A stretch of DNA of 64,000 nt. It comes from Folioceros fuciformis. Taxonomy: Eukaryota. This document shows positions 1-12,097 of this stretch, piece after piece. Location: assembly GCA_049999805.1 (NCBI GenBank), contig JBNGIO010006406.1, positions 1 to 64,000 on the forward strand. The letters run 5' to 3'. Below the pieces are notes generated by a model. That model ran no database searches. It was not told where the DNA came from and was given only the letters and a program-made list of their open reading frames with translations. The position numbers and the translations under genes are program-made. Positions within the stretch are counted from its first letter, which is position 1. Each line of letters starts with the position of its first letter.

Positions 1-1299
1 GATGCGGCCCCCTGCGTTGGTCTTCCTGGCTCGGAGAGCCCAGAGCACATGCCAGGGCCCAGAAGGCCCCTCCGCTATGCCACGTTCCTTAGGTCGCAAG
101 GCTCCCTAGGCTGGACCCGACCGGCTCTGGCAGTCTGGCTGCCTCTCCGCCTCTTCTCGAGGGGCCCCGAGCTCCAGGTCCGCCGGCGCACAGCCCGGGA
201 CGGAAAGAAGTTCGGGAGACGCGGCTCATCACTGTCTGCCATTCCATGATTCCACTGTTCAAACTCTCACCACGGAGGAAGGAAGAATCCACAACCAGAA
301 TGACCAAAACAGCATCCCCCAGCTGCCAGAAATATGTGGCCATTGGACGCCACGCAAGGCTCCTCCGTTACTTGTCACCTCTCATCTAGGAGTGCTCGCA
401 GTGGATTCGTCCCACTCTTCTTTCATTCTCAAGTCTCCTTGCCTCTGGAGTCTCCTCCACCCTGAAACCAGTGTGGAGGAAAAAACAACCTAACATCACG
501 GCAGGGCAATAACCCCCTGTCATGTGAACATGTTTAAACATTTATTTTAAATTGAGAAGCATTGAACTTTCTTTCCCTACGAAGTACTGAAGCTCAAGGA
601 GGGACCCAATCGTGAAGCTGGGACTGGCGTGCCTACATACATCCTCTCAGCGTGCACTGGTCCAGTGACGCGGTCAGCCCTGCTGGGCCCTGGTGACGTG
701 AGTGGTATCCCGGCGTCTGGTGCAAATTCGATACGGACACTTTCGTGCCTCATGTCAGGACTCTCTCGTGCGACTTTTTGAGAGGAAGATTTCGAAACCT
801 TGGAAAGCACGTCACACTTGAGCCTGAGGCCTTCTGAGACAGTAGCAACGGACCAGGTCAGATGTTGTTGGTCACCATGTCAATTTGATGTTCCGATTCC
901 TGTTCCTTGTTGTCGAGAGAACATGAATACTTTATAGAGAAAAAGAGATGGAAGTTCCATCCCCGTGACAAGGGGAAAAGCCAAGAATAGGGCCTAACCC
1001 TCTCGTCCGCCTAACCTGTAATTTCTGATTCCTGTCCCTTGTTGTCATGCCTTGGGGTCCTCACATGTATGTATGTGTAGTTCATATTGGATTGCCTCTC
1101 TTCCTGTCACCCTTTTACCATGCCACGACCACCAGTTCGTTCTCCAGCTGTCTCGGGTTGCTCGTGCATCTGCTGCCTGTCCCTCCGGAAGGTCTCTGGC
1201 CTTGCAAAGAACTTCATAAGGCAAGCAGAAGTAGGACCATGGTTAGGCGGTTGAGGCCTTCTCGCTTTGCTTGACCTCCCGCCTTTAAGGAATGCAGTG

Positions 1300-1760
1300 A
1301 AGCTTAGTAGACCCTGTTTCTGCCATGTGTGGCCGTCGGTTGCACAAGTAGCATGCCAACAACGCAGTTCTGCCCACAACCATAGCATTCTCGAAACCGT
1401 GGATATTTCAACAGTAGTCCGCTACTTCAACAGATTCCGAGTCGGTGGCAGATGCACGAGCTTGAAGGGCAGCTGCGAAGACGGGAGCATAGCATTCGCA
1501 CCTGCCCTCTGCACTTTACGGCACTAGGCAAGTTAAAAATTAGATCAGCCCCTCCTGCTTGCTCCAGTCTTCCATACGTACTCAACCAGCGCTTCATGTC
1601 CAAACCCATCACCAGATTCTTCGTGTTCATGTCCTCCGAACCCCGGACAGCATCTTCCAGTTCACCAAGTCTTGCGTACATGTCATCTTCCAGTTCACCA
1701 TGTCTTGCGTACCAGGCAGGTGCCCAACGTACGCCATCCAGCAGTCATCTTCCGACATTA
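1300..1760 (-). pseudogene. Degraded PLS-class PPR gene fragment
   Basis: Minus-strand frames give PPR-like pieces (MYARLGELEDAVRGSEDMNTKNLV, VFAAALQARAS, HGFENAMVVG) broken by frameshifts and stops. They resemble motifs of the intact PPRs in this window. Boundaries are approximate. Confidence 0.5.
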
Positions 1761-1975
1761 TAAGGGTGCAGCTGCGGTATTTATTTGTTAGCCAGAAAAC
1801 AAAAAAACGATTGGGGCAAGGCAATGTCCTGTAAGAAGGACTTCTACAGTTGTTTCCATACAGGCAGTCCTTGTTATGTCGTAAGGGAGGACGGCATCCG
1901 GCCCGGAGTAAGCGCAGAGGCTTAAGTGACATTTTTGCAAAAGAAAGTCCCGCGTGTAGGCAGAGAGCGGCCGCC

Positions 1976-3491
1976 ATGAGGAGGCGTCCAGGCATCGCCG
2001 GTCTGCAGAATGCGGCAGCTGCCAGGGNNNNNNNNNNNNNNNNNNNNNNNNNNNNNNNNNNNNNNNNNNNNNNNNNNNNNNNNNNNNNNNNNNNNNNNNN
2101 NNNNNNNNNNNNNNNNNNNNNNNNNNNTGCCAGGGTAATGGATTCTTGCGTTTTGAGCTGCAGTTTTGTGGCTGAAGGCCTGAACCATATGGTTTTGCAG
2201 GATCACTACAAATTGTTAGGTGACAATCTCGCTAAAGAGCGCACGGATCAGATGAAGGAGCAGCTGGCAACCTTCAGAACGCAGCTTGAGGAGTTCGCTA
2301 GAAAGCACAAGGTATGGTGATGCAGGGCAGTCTCGATTCTGGATGCTGACCTGGGTGTCTGGTTTCATGGTGGCTTGCTCTGTTTTTCTGACAGAATGAC
2401 ATTCGGAGAAATCCGGGATTTAGGGCTCAGTTTCACACTATGTGTGCCAAGTGCGGGGTTGACCCCTTGGCCTCGAACAAGGGCGTTTGGGCAGAACTTC
2501 TGGGAATTGGCGACTTTTACTATGAGTTAGGTGAGGTCATGTTTATGAGGATTCCCGTGGAGCAGGTTCAGTTCTTGAGCTGTTGTGGTAGACGTGTTTG
2601 CTTGAATTCTGTAAATGGGAGAGCAGTGAGACGTCGCATGGTATTGAGAGGCTGTGCAGGAGTGCAGATTGTGGACGTATGTCTTGCCACACGACCTTAC
2701 AATGGCGGGTTGATTGATTTGGACGAACTTCGCACCTTACTTGCTAAGAGAAGGAGAGCTTCCCGTGAGCCAATTTCAGAGGATGATTGTATTAGGGCTA
2801 TTAGCAAGTTGAAGGTGTGTCCCAGTAGCCTGTGCCGTGATTTTGCCGCTTTGGAGGGTGTTAGTTTCGTAGCTGCTCGAGTGCCATGGTTTCACCAGTC
2901 TGGTGTGGGTTTGGTGTATGAGTGCAGATTTCGTGTGTTTGAATCAGCTAGCCCGACATGGATGAATTGCAGGCACTGGGTAGTGGCTTCAAGGCTTTTT
3001 CGATTGGCAAGAAGATGTTCGTTCGTTCAGTCCCCACCGAGTTGAACAAGGACCACAATCAAATTTTGGAGCTTGCTCAGGTGCGTCATCTTGGTTGGCC
3101 CGGTCTACGGGAACATGTTTTTTCCACTTGGCAGCAGCCGTTTCACTCAGTCTGTTAGGGCAGGAATCGTAAGCTCATGCATGTTATGCCCTGGCATGTA
3201 CCAGGCTCGGGGATATGTAACGGCACCAGATGTAGTGAAGGCTCTTGCTTGCACATCGGGGAGAGCGACGGATGCTTTAACTACACTTATGAAAGTAAGC
3301 ATCATCCAATCCGTTCACACTTTTGATGAGGAAGAATCTGCAGGCATTTTATCTTATAGTAATCTGAGCTTGTGGAGCAGGAAGGACTGGCTATGATAGA
3401 CGAAGGACATCCCGATGGAGTCACAATATTCTGGTTTCCCTGTACGGGTCCCAACTCCGGGGGGATGGATCTGGACTTCGCTGCTTCTTAA
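1976..3491 (+). CDS. VPS22: ESCRT-II subunit VPS22/SNF8/EAP30 (multi-exon)
   Basis: Exon peptides [95 protein letters not shown] introns; TAA at 3489-3491. An N gap sits at the first exon/intron boundary. Confidence 0.93.
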
Positions 3492-3683
3492 TCTCGATCC
3501 GCGGAGGTAGTCCAGCGTCATCATTGGAAGCGGTCGACGAATCCAGAAGCTTGGGCCTGCGTGTATCTTAGGACATGTTCCTCCGACTGTTCCTCTTCAG
3601 ATGCGTGCGCGAAGTAAAAGTCTTTTGTTGAGGTTCCACAAGTTGTACGCCCATCTTCTAGGATAAACACGCTAACGGTGACG

Positions 3684-4439
3684 TCACTTGCAAAGTTTCA
3701 ACTTCTTGAAAAATTGGCCAACCTGAGACTTAGTATACGGCTTCGTGGCCAGGCAAGTGGGGATGTTCTCAGGCTGCTCTATCCAGAGCTTGTGAGCTAC
3801 TCCAGCTGCTTCCAGCTTCTTGGACAGATTGACAAGCTGCGCATCTCCTTTGACTTCCAGAGTGACCTGAGCGGGACAATCTCTCAGCTGGAGGAAGAGT
3901 TAAGACAGGACACAGGAAACTGACAAGCAGCTGCTATCACTTACCGTGTGCATGTCATCTAGCTTCTCCGAAGCACAGTACTGCAAAGTCTGTGCGTCGT
4001 CCTTGTGGAGCCAAATGGCTGCAACTGCGGCATGACACCCTTGCGAGATGATGCTCCCCAGTGGCCACTTCATGGCGTCCACTAGATCCCTCCGAATAAC
4101 AACGTACTGAACAACTGTCTCTGCTTCTGGAGCAGCAATGGCATTCTCAGATGCCGGCAATGCCGCCTCTGCTGCTCCATCCAGCACGGGAGAGTCCATC
4201 GTGGTTGGACTACGCACACCAACGCTATGCTGGGACAAGCATCCAGGAGCAACCGACAGCAGTCTCAACCGCCCACAGACCACCTTACCCCGCCTCAGCC
4301 GCTCTAATCCTTCGGATGCTCCGGGTGAATTAGGGAATCCCACGGCGGCCTTTAGGAAACGACGTCTCCAGCTACGAAGGGGACGACACCCTGGCGCAGC
4401 TCTAATCCTACAAATGCCCAGATTCGACAGCATCGACAT
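3684..4439 (-). CDS. Peptidyl-tRNA hydrolase II domain protein (PTRHD1-like), 2 exons, possible N-terminal transit peptide
   Basis: VVQYVVIRRDL..WPLGSIISQGCHAAVAA..LDDMHT | VTLEVKG..HKLWIEQPENIPTCLATKPY..FFKKLKLCK*. In-frame ATGs at 4439 and 4199; true start uncertain. Confidence 0.85.
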
Positions 4440-4703
4440 ACTTGCTACGTAACCTATTCTTGTATTTAGGAAATCAAACACTTGCAGCCTGACCAACGGA
4501 GGAATGGGTTTGCCCTAGACGGAGTGCTGCCATTTCATTGCAAAGCTGTTATACAATTAGGAACCTTGGCTATAATCTACGACTCCAACTGCTCGTGCCT
4601 ATCGATCTTCGATGCTTTGAGTCTTGCTTAGAGCATCGGGTGCAAATGGAGACGATGGCACTTCTATCCGAGCGAAGTGCGAAACCACTGGCCCGATCCA
4701 TCG

Positions 4704-6742
4704 TCAAGCGGCCGGCTTGAAGCCCGCGTAGTAATCCAAGGTTGTGTCCGGCAGCCACGAGGAGGCGGCGATGAAGTTGTTGGCCAGGAAAGGGGTTACA
4801 TCACTTTCGCTACTGAACTGGTGTACTCCTGTCCACTTCACTCTGCCGGATGTATCAGCTCCAGGACCAGCATTTCGAAATTCAGCGAAGAAGAGAGTGG
4901 TAGGGACAGTTCCATCCCAGGGCATCCACCCCTCCGGCTCAATGATGTTGTCCATGTAGCTGTCGAAGAAAACAACTCTGGCGTAGTTCCTCCAAGGTCT
5001 CCCTAGATAGGACCTGGAAAGACGGTGTTTCGAGTGAGACGAGCTTTGAGCGGTGTCATGAGCGTGCTTTCGGACGGTTTGTATCAGTTACATTGACACT
5101 TACTTTTCGCTGCGAATTTGTGAGCTGTAGGTTGCTGACGGCGTGACATTGCAGTTCTGGAAGACGAAGCCTGTGTTTTGATTAGGATCTGTTCTGCCTT
5201 GGGCAGTGGTTACGCTTCCTTGCCCGTCCAGACCAGCGGTGACTGTGAGTTTGCAGTTCTGGAACAGAGCTGCAGCATTCCCGAACACGAAGTCGACTGT
5301 TCCCTCAATTTCGCATTTGCTGTAGAATTGGCGAAATGTGTGGGGATATAATGTGTCCTGAAATCCGGTCATCTTCACCTCATAGAACGCGGCTTTGTCG
5401 GCTGAGACACGCATGGCCACAGCTTGTCCATTTGCCGCTCCGGCAGTGTTCTCAACTGTGAATCCCGTGCCTATGAAGCCTTCCCCATCGATCGCTACGA
5501 GAAATGGGAGACTGTTTATCAGCATTTCCTACTCTGACAAAGCCAAAGCAAAGAAGCAGTTGGAGAACCGATCTGATCGTATTTACCCAAAGTCGCTGAA
5601 TTGAAGGTGGTGCTGCCGGTCGCCGCACTGATGTCTCCTGTTATTATTGTTTGATCGATCCCAGCCCCGATGAAGACAATGTTGGTGAGGTCGGTCGCTA
5701 CGTCTACAGGTCCTTGGTATTCGCCTGCCGTGAGCTTTATGATGTAACGAGATGCGCTTGTTTTGGGAGCAGCCGTCAGGGCATCTTGCAGGCTTGTGGT
5801 GCCTGCTGGGTGGACGGTCACGTTGGGTGTCCAGCTTGCGATCCCTTCGAACGACAGTCCAGCAAATGGGCCAGGCTGCGAGGGGGTCGAGCCAGGGACT
5901 GGCTGAATGTGCAACAGCTTCCGAAAGCCGGAAGTCAGGAAGCCTGCTTCAGGGAGCAGCGCAGGGAGGCTTGCGGCAAGGTTGAGGTAGCTTGTGCAGC
6001 TTAACAGAGCGGAGTAGAGCTGCTTGACATGAGACCCGCTTGCACTCGTAGGCAGCTGGTCAAAGCAGGTGTCGTAGAAAGTCTTTGATGCAGACAGCCA
6101 TGTCTGCAGATCTTCCAACTGTGTCTTCACCAGGCAGGTTGCAGGCTCAAACTTCACCTTGGAAAGAAGGGCAATGGAGGCAATCAGCTGGTCCTGGGCA
6201 CGATCTAAAACCTGCGTTGTTGAGAGTCGTTCATCAGAACCATCACGTCGAACATAGCCTACAACCTCGTACGTAATTATGCACAAACCATTTAGTACCT
6301 GAATGCAGACGTCCCAGGCATCTCGATGGGCAGAAGATCCGTTTTCCACAGATCTATCCATCATCCTGGTCACGTACAGCGAGGAGTCGGCGACACCGGC
6401 CAACACGGTATGGATCATGTACGCAGTCAGCTCCTTGGGGTTCTCATGAGCATCGCTTGGAGCACGGCTGCAGATGTCCTCGCAAGAATGGGGGTCTGAA
6501 TTCCCAGAGCAGATTGCTTGGATGGTTCCACCCGGCGGATCCGGAGCTGCAAAGCAGCCAGACATGATGATGATATTCACCCCTACCACCATGGCTATCA
6601 GCCCCATTGCCAGCCAGATTATCACTCTCCAGACTCGGTTCACATCAGGCTGCACCGGAGCCCATGGGCATTCCGACCTCGAATTAGGCCCGATCGGAAA
6701 CACATTCTCATGAGCATTCATGTTGGGAAGTACCGGATCCAT
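4704..6742 (-). CDS. Pectin methylesterase with N-terminal TM segment and PMEI-like pro-domain (4 exons)
   Basis: ENTAG..QAVAMRVSAD, GFQDTLY, IEGTVDFVFGNA, TAQGRTDPNQNTG, YLGRPW, GPGADTSGRVKW. Pro-region Cys motifs, QTWLSA and an RKLL processing motif. Confidence 0.93.
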
Positions 6743-7499
6743 GGAGTCAATATCTCACTTGCCTCATGGAGGCCCTTGGAATGAGAAGGGACTCGCCGAC
6801 TCAACAGATGCAGGATTCCGTATCACTTCCTGACTAGCCACAACATCCATGATAATAAGTACCATGAGCCTACGTGCCACCTTGACTCTCTGCTGCCAGC
6901 AAGAAAAGGCAGTCGCAACCCCACAATTCTGGAACATAAACCTGTTTCCCGCCCATGGCATCTGCGTGTGCAACCTTCACAGACGCACGTCTCACGGAGC
7001 CGACAACGCCAGCGGTGACATGCCATTCTGACATACAGGTGTCGTCCGCAACTGGTGACAAGTGCCAAACGTGGGCACTTGTCCGTCGTTGGAGCTCTGC
7101 AATCCTATTGGGGTCTTGAATGCTTCCTTTCCGGCCTGAAGTCTTCACGGCTCCCGATTCCGGGTCCTACTTGCAATCCGACCGTTTTCCAGCTTTCCCA
7201 GCATCCGGACATATATATATACATCCGGGAGAGATGGAACAACCCTGCCGGTGGTTAGCACATCCGTCTCACCTATCACGGTCAGCCTTCAGCTTGCATC
7301 GTAGGTTCTCTTCCACCCACAGCTCCTTCACGCGGCTGGAACTGCCGTGGAGAGTCATCTGCGTTGTGGGATGGAATACCTCCTGTGGCAGGCAATTAGA
7401 TTGTGTGCAAGCAAGCCACCCCCCACAACTCAATAAGGGTAGGGAGGCGCGCCAGCTCGGCAGGGCCATCGTTGTCGAAGGCAGTAAGAACTACTAGTA

Positions 7500-10400
7500 C
7501 TACCCCATCCGCACAGTCTCTGCTCGCAAGCTAGATGGATCGGTGCCCAAAACCTTGATCTTCTGCGTCAGGGTGTACAATTCGTTGTAAATCTGCCCTC
7601 GTTCTGGATGAACGGCATCTTCCACTACAAAGCTGTGCACCTGGTGTCCCAGAGGAATCCAAGTCTTTCCTGGAGCCTTCTTCACTCCAGCACTCCTTCT
7701 CTTGACTTGGATCGCGTTCACCGCATCCCACATGTTTGCCGATGCGTAGATATTGGACATGAGATCATACGCAGCTGCAGTCTCTGGTTTCATTCGCAAA
7801 ATGCAGTCAAAGGCACGCAGTCCGATCTCCACGTTTCTGTACACCTGGCATGCTCCCAGTACCGCAAGCCACATTGCAGAATCAGGTTGCACTGACATGA
7901 AGTCTATCAAATCCACCGCGCCTTGCAGATGACCCGCCCGAGCAAGAAGGTCTACCATGCACCCATAGTGCTGCACTTCAGGTGTGATACCATGGTCCTT
8001 GCTCATGGACAGAAACAGCCGAAAACCGTCGTCCAGCAGGCCCGCATGACTGCAAGCCGATAATATACACACGAAGGTGATGTAGCAGGGTTTCTGATTT
8101 GCCAGCAGCATTTCCTCGAAGAGTCGCAAAGCTTCCCGAGCCTGTCCGTGGAGAGCATGCGCTGCGATGATGGCTGTCCAAGATACCACATTGCTCTGTT
8201 CCAGGTTGCTGAATAGGATCACAGCTTCCTCCAGCTTCCCGCATTTTGCGTACATGTCGATTAAAGCATTTGAGATAGCAGTATCTTGTAAGAGTCCTTT
8301 CTCCGACAACTGAATATGGATATGCTCGCCCAGGTCTAAGGCACCTTGGCTGGCACAAACCTTGAGGATGCTGATCAGGGTGTTTCCATCTGGCTCTATG
8401 CCTTCCTGTTGCATCTGCTGGAAGAGTTGGATAGCTTCATGGCTGTGACCATTGTGCGCGTAACACGCAGCCAAGGCAGCCCATGTAGTGGCATCCCTCT
8501 TGGACATTGTCTTGAACACATGTTCAGCATCGTGCACGGCCCCACATCTGGCATACATGTCAAGGAGCGCGTTACCAAGAACACCGTCCACGACTATACC
8601 TCGTTCTGTGAGGAGAAGATGTACTTGCTTGCCATAATCCACATCTGCTAGGCTGCCACAGGTTTTGATGACACCAAGAAATGTTATTCTGTTCGGCTCC
8701 ATACCCTGTTGTGTCATCTGCAGGAAGAGTGTGAGAGCTTCCCGTGGATAACCATGCTGGGTATAGCCTCCTATCATCGTAGAATAGCTAACAACATTTT
8801 TCTCGGCGGTCTGAAACAACTTCCGTGCCTCATCCAAGCTCCCGCACTTGGCATACAAATCCAGCAGACAGTTCATCACGGCTGAATCGGCGTCAAGTTT
8901 GCTCTTAATGACTTTTTCGTGTATGCGCTTACCCTGGTCTAGAGCAGCTATACTGCTGCATGCATTAAGAGTGACAAGAAACGTTATCTTGTCCGGCTCC
9001 AAGCCTTGGTCTTCCAGTTGCTGATAGAGTTGGAGAACTTGCTGACAATGCCCGTATTGTGCATATCCTGACATTAATGTGTTCCATACAGCCAATCCTT
9101 TTTCCTGCTGGGTGTCAAATAAATTTCTCGCTGCATTCAAGGCACCGCACTTGGCATACATGTGTACCAGCAAATTCATGATCGCCATGTCAGATTCAAA
9201 GCCATCCTGAACAATTTGATTGTGGATTTGCCTTCCTAGATCCAAAGCTGCCACGCTGCAACAGGCTTGGAGAGCGCTGATAAAGGTTACCTGGTCAGGC
9301 TCCATGCCATCTTCCAACATCTGTTGAAACAACTCAATAGCTTGTAGCGGATGGCCGTGCAACACACAGCCACCTATCATGCTTGTCCAAGAAATAACGT
9401 CTTTCACCCATAGGCTATCAAACACATCCCTTGCCTTTCGGAGACATCCACACTTCGAATACATGTCAATAAGGCTGTTGCAAACAGAAATATCTGATCC
9501 CAGGCCAGATCTCATAGCCAGGGTATGAATTTGTGCACCCTCGTCGATGAAAGCGTTACTGCTGCATGTGCCAAGAATGCTCAAAAATGTGAACTTGTTT
9601 GGCACCACACCTTCCTGCTGCATTTGATGGAAGAGATCGAGGCCTTTCCAACCACACCCAGCCTGTGCACATATCCTGATCATTGCAGTCCATGTGGCAG
9701 CATCCTTAATTTTAGTGCTGTGAAACAAGTTCCAGGCCTCATCTAGGCACTCAAACTTTAGATACATGTCAAGCAGTGTGTTCACGATTACTACGTCCTG
9801 TGTGAACCCCCTCATGATTGCTTCCGCGTGAACCTGTCTGCCCACATTCAAGGCTCCAACGTTACTACAAGCCTTAAGAACGTGCACAAATGTTACCCTA
9901 TCGGGCATTATTCTGGCTTCTTTCATCTGTTGGAAGAGACCAAGCGCTTCTTGAGGATAGCAATCGTGAGCATAGCCAGCAATCATAACATTCCAGGACA
10001 ACAGGTCCCGTTTAGCTGATCTGTCAAACACTCCCCGTGCCTGCTCCAGGCCTCCACATGTGATATACATGCTGATCAAGGCATTCTCCAAAGGGACATC
10101 TAACTGAAGTCCACTAAGAATGAACCGGAAGTGCGCTGTAGTACAGAAATCCAGAAGGGCAGCGTTGCTGCAAGCCTTGAAAATGTTCAAATATGTTATC
10201 TTATTTGGCTGCACACCCTGTTCCTGCATTTGCTTAAGATTTTGGAGGGCTTCCTGTGCTCTCCCAACAAGAGCGCATCCACCAATCAAGGCCGTCCATG
10301 ATACCACATCTCTCTTTACGAGCTTGTCGAAAACTCCCTGGCCCTCATCCAGGCTACCGCACTTGCAGTACATGTCAACAAGCATGTTCGCTACAACCAA

Positions 10401-11258
10401 GTCGGATTCCAAACCTCTCGAGATGATCTCCAAATGCAGCAGCTTCCCATAATCCAATGCTGATATGCTTGCACAGGCTTTAAGGGTCATAAGATAAGTA
10501 ACTCTATTGGGCTCCACGCCTGTCCCTCTCATGCACTGAAACAACCGTAGAGCCTCCAGAGCACCAGCATGCCGTATGTAGCCCCCAATAATAGCACTCC
10601 ACGAAACCACATCCTTATGCAACAAGTTGTCAAACACATTTCGTGCCTCCTCTATATCGCCACAATTGGCATACATTGTAACAAGGGCATTGCCCACAAC
10701 AACTGATGAATCGCATAGTGCCTCCATAGCATGTCTGTGAATCAACCTCCCCTCTAGAAGGTCGTCTGTGTTGCCACATGCTCTGATGAGAGATGCAAAT
10801 ACATGGGCATCCGGTATTACATTTGAATTGATCATGTCATGATACATCTCTATAGCCTTCTCACTTTGCCCGTCTTTGGTATATGCTGAGATGATTGTTT
10901 GCCAGGAGTACTTGTTTGGCAATCGCATGTTCCTGAAAATCTGATATGCTTCCAGCAGGCGTCCGCAAGAAGCAAACAACTGGATAAGTTTGTTATCAAT
11001 GTACACATTGGAGTCACAAATTCCTGACATAATTAGTGAATGAACTCTCGTGCCAACTGCCAAATTACTCTCCTGAATGCATCCCTGTAAGATAAATTCC
11101 ACCATTTGAGTAGTGACATTCCCTCGGCCTAGGGCCTCCACTGCCTGCAACGCCTCATCCAGGAGTCCCTTCTCACATAGTTCACGTAAATGTGGAGCAT
11201 GATCCGAGGAGGCATAGTTTACCACCCTGAAAACATTCAAGCATGTCAAACATTTCAA
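7500..11258 (-). CDS. PLS-class pentatricopeptide repeat protein with E/E+ domains (organellar RNA-editing factor); 5' end uncertain
   Basis: 1252-aa ORF of P-L-S triplets ending HYGCMVDLLARAG..KKAPGKTWI..VHSF..HP. The ORF track starts at TTG and an in-frame stop lies at 11277-11279, so an upstream exon (~11310-11650) is likely. Confidence 0.92.
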   Translation of the reverse strand: MKCLTCLNVFRVVNYASSDHAPHLRELCEKGLLDEALQAVEALGRGNVTTQMVEFILQGCIQESNLAVGTRVHSLIMSGICDSNVYIDNKLIQLFASCGRLLEAYQIFRNMRLPNKYSWQTIISAYTKDGQSEKAIEMYHDMINSNVIPDAHVFASLIRACGNTDDLLEGRLIHRHAMEALCDSSVVVGNALVTMYANCGDIEEARNVFDNLLHKDVVSWSAIIGGYIRHAGALEALRLFQCMRGTGVEPNRVTYLMTLKACASISALDYGKLLHLEIISRGLESDLVVANMLVDMYCKCGSLDEGQGVFDKLVKRDVVSWTALIGGCALVGRAQEALQNLKQMQEQGVQPNKITYLNIFKACSNAALLDFCTTAHFRFILSGLQLDVPLENALISMYITCGGLEQARGVFDRSAKRDLLSWNVMIAGYAHDCYPQEALGLFQQMKEARIMPDRVTFVHVLKACSNVGALNVGRQVHAEAIMRGFTQDVVIVNTLLDMYLKFECLDEAWNLFHSTKIKDAATWTAMIRICAQAGCGWKGLDLFHQMQQEGVVPNKFTFLSILGTCSSNAFIDEGAQIHTLAMRSGLGSDISVCNSLIDMYSKCGCLRKARDVFDSLWVKDVISWTSMIGGCVLHGHPLQAIELFQQMLEDGMEPDQVTFISALQACCSVAALDLGRQIHNQIVQDGFESDMAIMNLLVHMYAKCGALNAARNLFDTQQEKGLAVWNTLMSGYAQYGHCQQVLQLYQQLEDQGLEPDKITFLVTLNACSSIAALDQGKRIHEKVIKSKLDADSAVMNCLLDLYAKCGSLDEARKLFQTAEKNVVSYSTMIGGYTQHGYPREALTLFLQMTQQGMEPNRITFLGVIKTCGSLADVDYGKQVHLLLTERGIVVDGVLGNALLDMYARCGAVHDAEHVFKTMSKRDATTWAALAACYAHNGHSHEAIQLFQQMQQEGIEPDGNTLISILKVCASQGALDLGEHIHIQLSEKGLLQDTAISNALIDMYAKCGKLEEAVILFSNLEQSNVVSWTAIIAAHALHGQAREALRLFEEMLLANQKPCYITFVCILSACSHAGLLDDGFRLFLSMSKDHGITPEVQHYGCMVDLLARAGHLQGAVDLIDFMSVQPDSAMWLAVLGACQVYRNVEIGLRAFDCILRMKPETAAAYDLMSNIYASANMWDAVNAIQVKRRSAGVKKAPGKTWIPLGHQVHSFVVEDAVHPERGQIYNELYTLTQKIKVLGTDPSSLRAETVRMG

Positions 11259-12097
11259 CAGTTCAAACTGCTCTTTTCAAAGCTTCGACAAAAGAGGTTG
11301 GATCATGACCTACGATGGAAATGCCTTGCCCTTCCCCACTTGGTCACAGCACTCAGAATGTTAGCTTTTTTCAAGGCTCTCGCCACGCCTGTGTGTGTTG
11401 TCATGTGTCTCAAGGTTCCCGCCATTCTTCCAATCACGGCGGATTCCACAACCACATTGCGTGCAAGAGTGTAGTACTTTGATCAACTCTTGGAATAGCA
11501 GCAGCGAAAAATATCTGAAGAGAAACATCGACCGGACGACAACTGAGAGCTGCTAGAGGCCAGGACGCTTCTGTTGCAATGCTTCCATATACCAACGCCA
11601 ATTTTCCACCACCACCAGCTACGGGTGCTCTGACTGGCATGGCTGCCATGGACAACAGCAGGAGGAGAAAACATGCTGTTCACAATCAAACAAGTTGTAA
11701 TTAGGAGGCGCTTACAACAGCAGAGATGATGTATTGTTCAGGATCCGACTCTGCGGCCCTACATCTAGTGCCAGCTGCTGAATTTTGATGAAACGACGCC
11801 ACATGCGGCTCACGCAAACATGGGACGTGGCACGCTTGGATAGCGCCGGTTTGCGAAGGTGTTGCTTTCTTCGAATTTCTTGCTTTGCTTACTCTGCGCT
11901 GTCCGGACGTCAGAATCTGCTGCTGGTGCCAACGGGCGTGGCAGTGCTCACAGGCTGTTTGCCGCATGGGCCCGAGGTGTGTACAGCAGCTGGTGAATTG
12001 AGATCGTTAAGGACTTGCATCTGGAACCAGTAAATGTGTTGACTGGATGGCATGCGTCATTGTAGGAGGTTGTGTGTGATGTTACCGCCTGTCCAGC

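Noticed and set aside
1-1000. Possible retroelement remnant or gene at the window start
   Set aside because: GC-rich and coding-like, but no recognisable motif, LTR end or splice model.
2028-2127. N gap as missing VPS22 sequence
   Set aside because: TGCCAGGG occurs on both sides, so the contigs probably overlap. The 100-N runs are scaffold placeholders.
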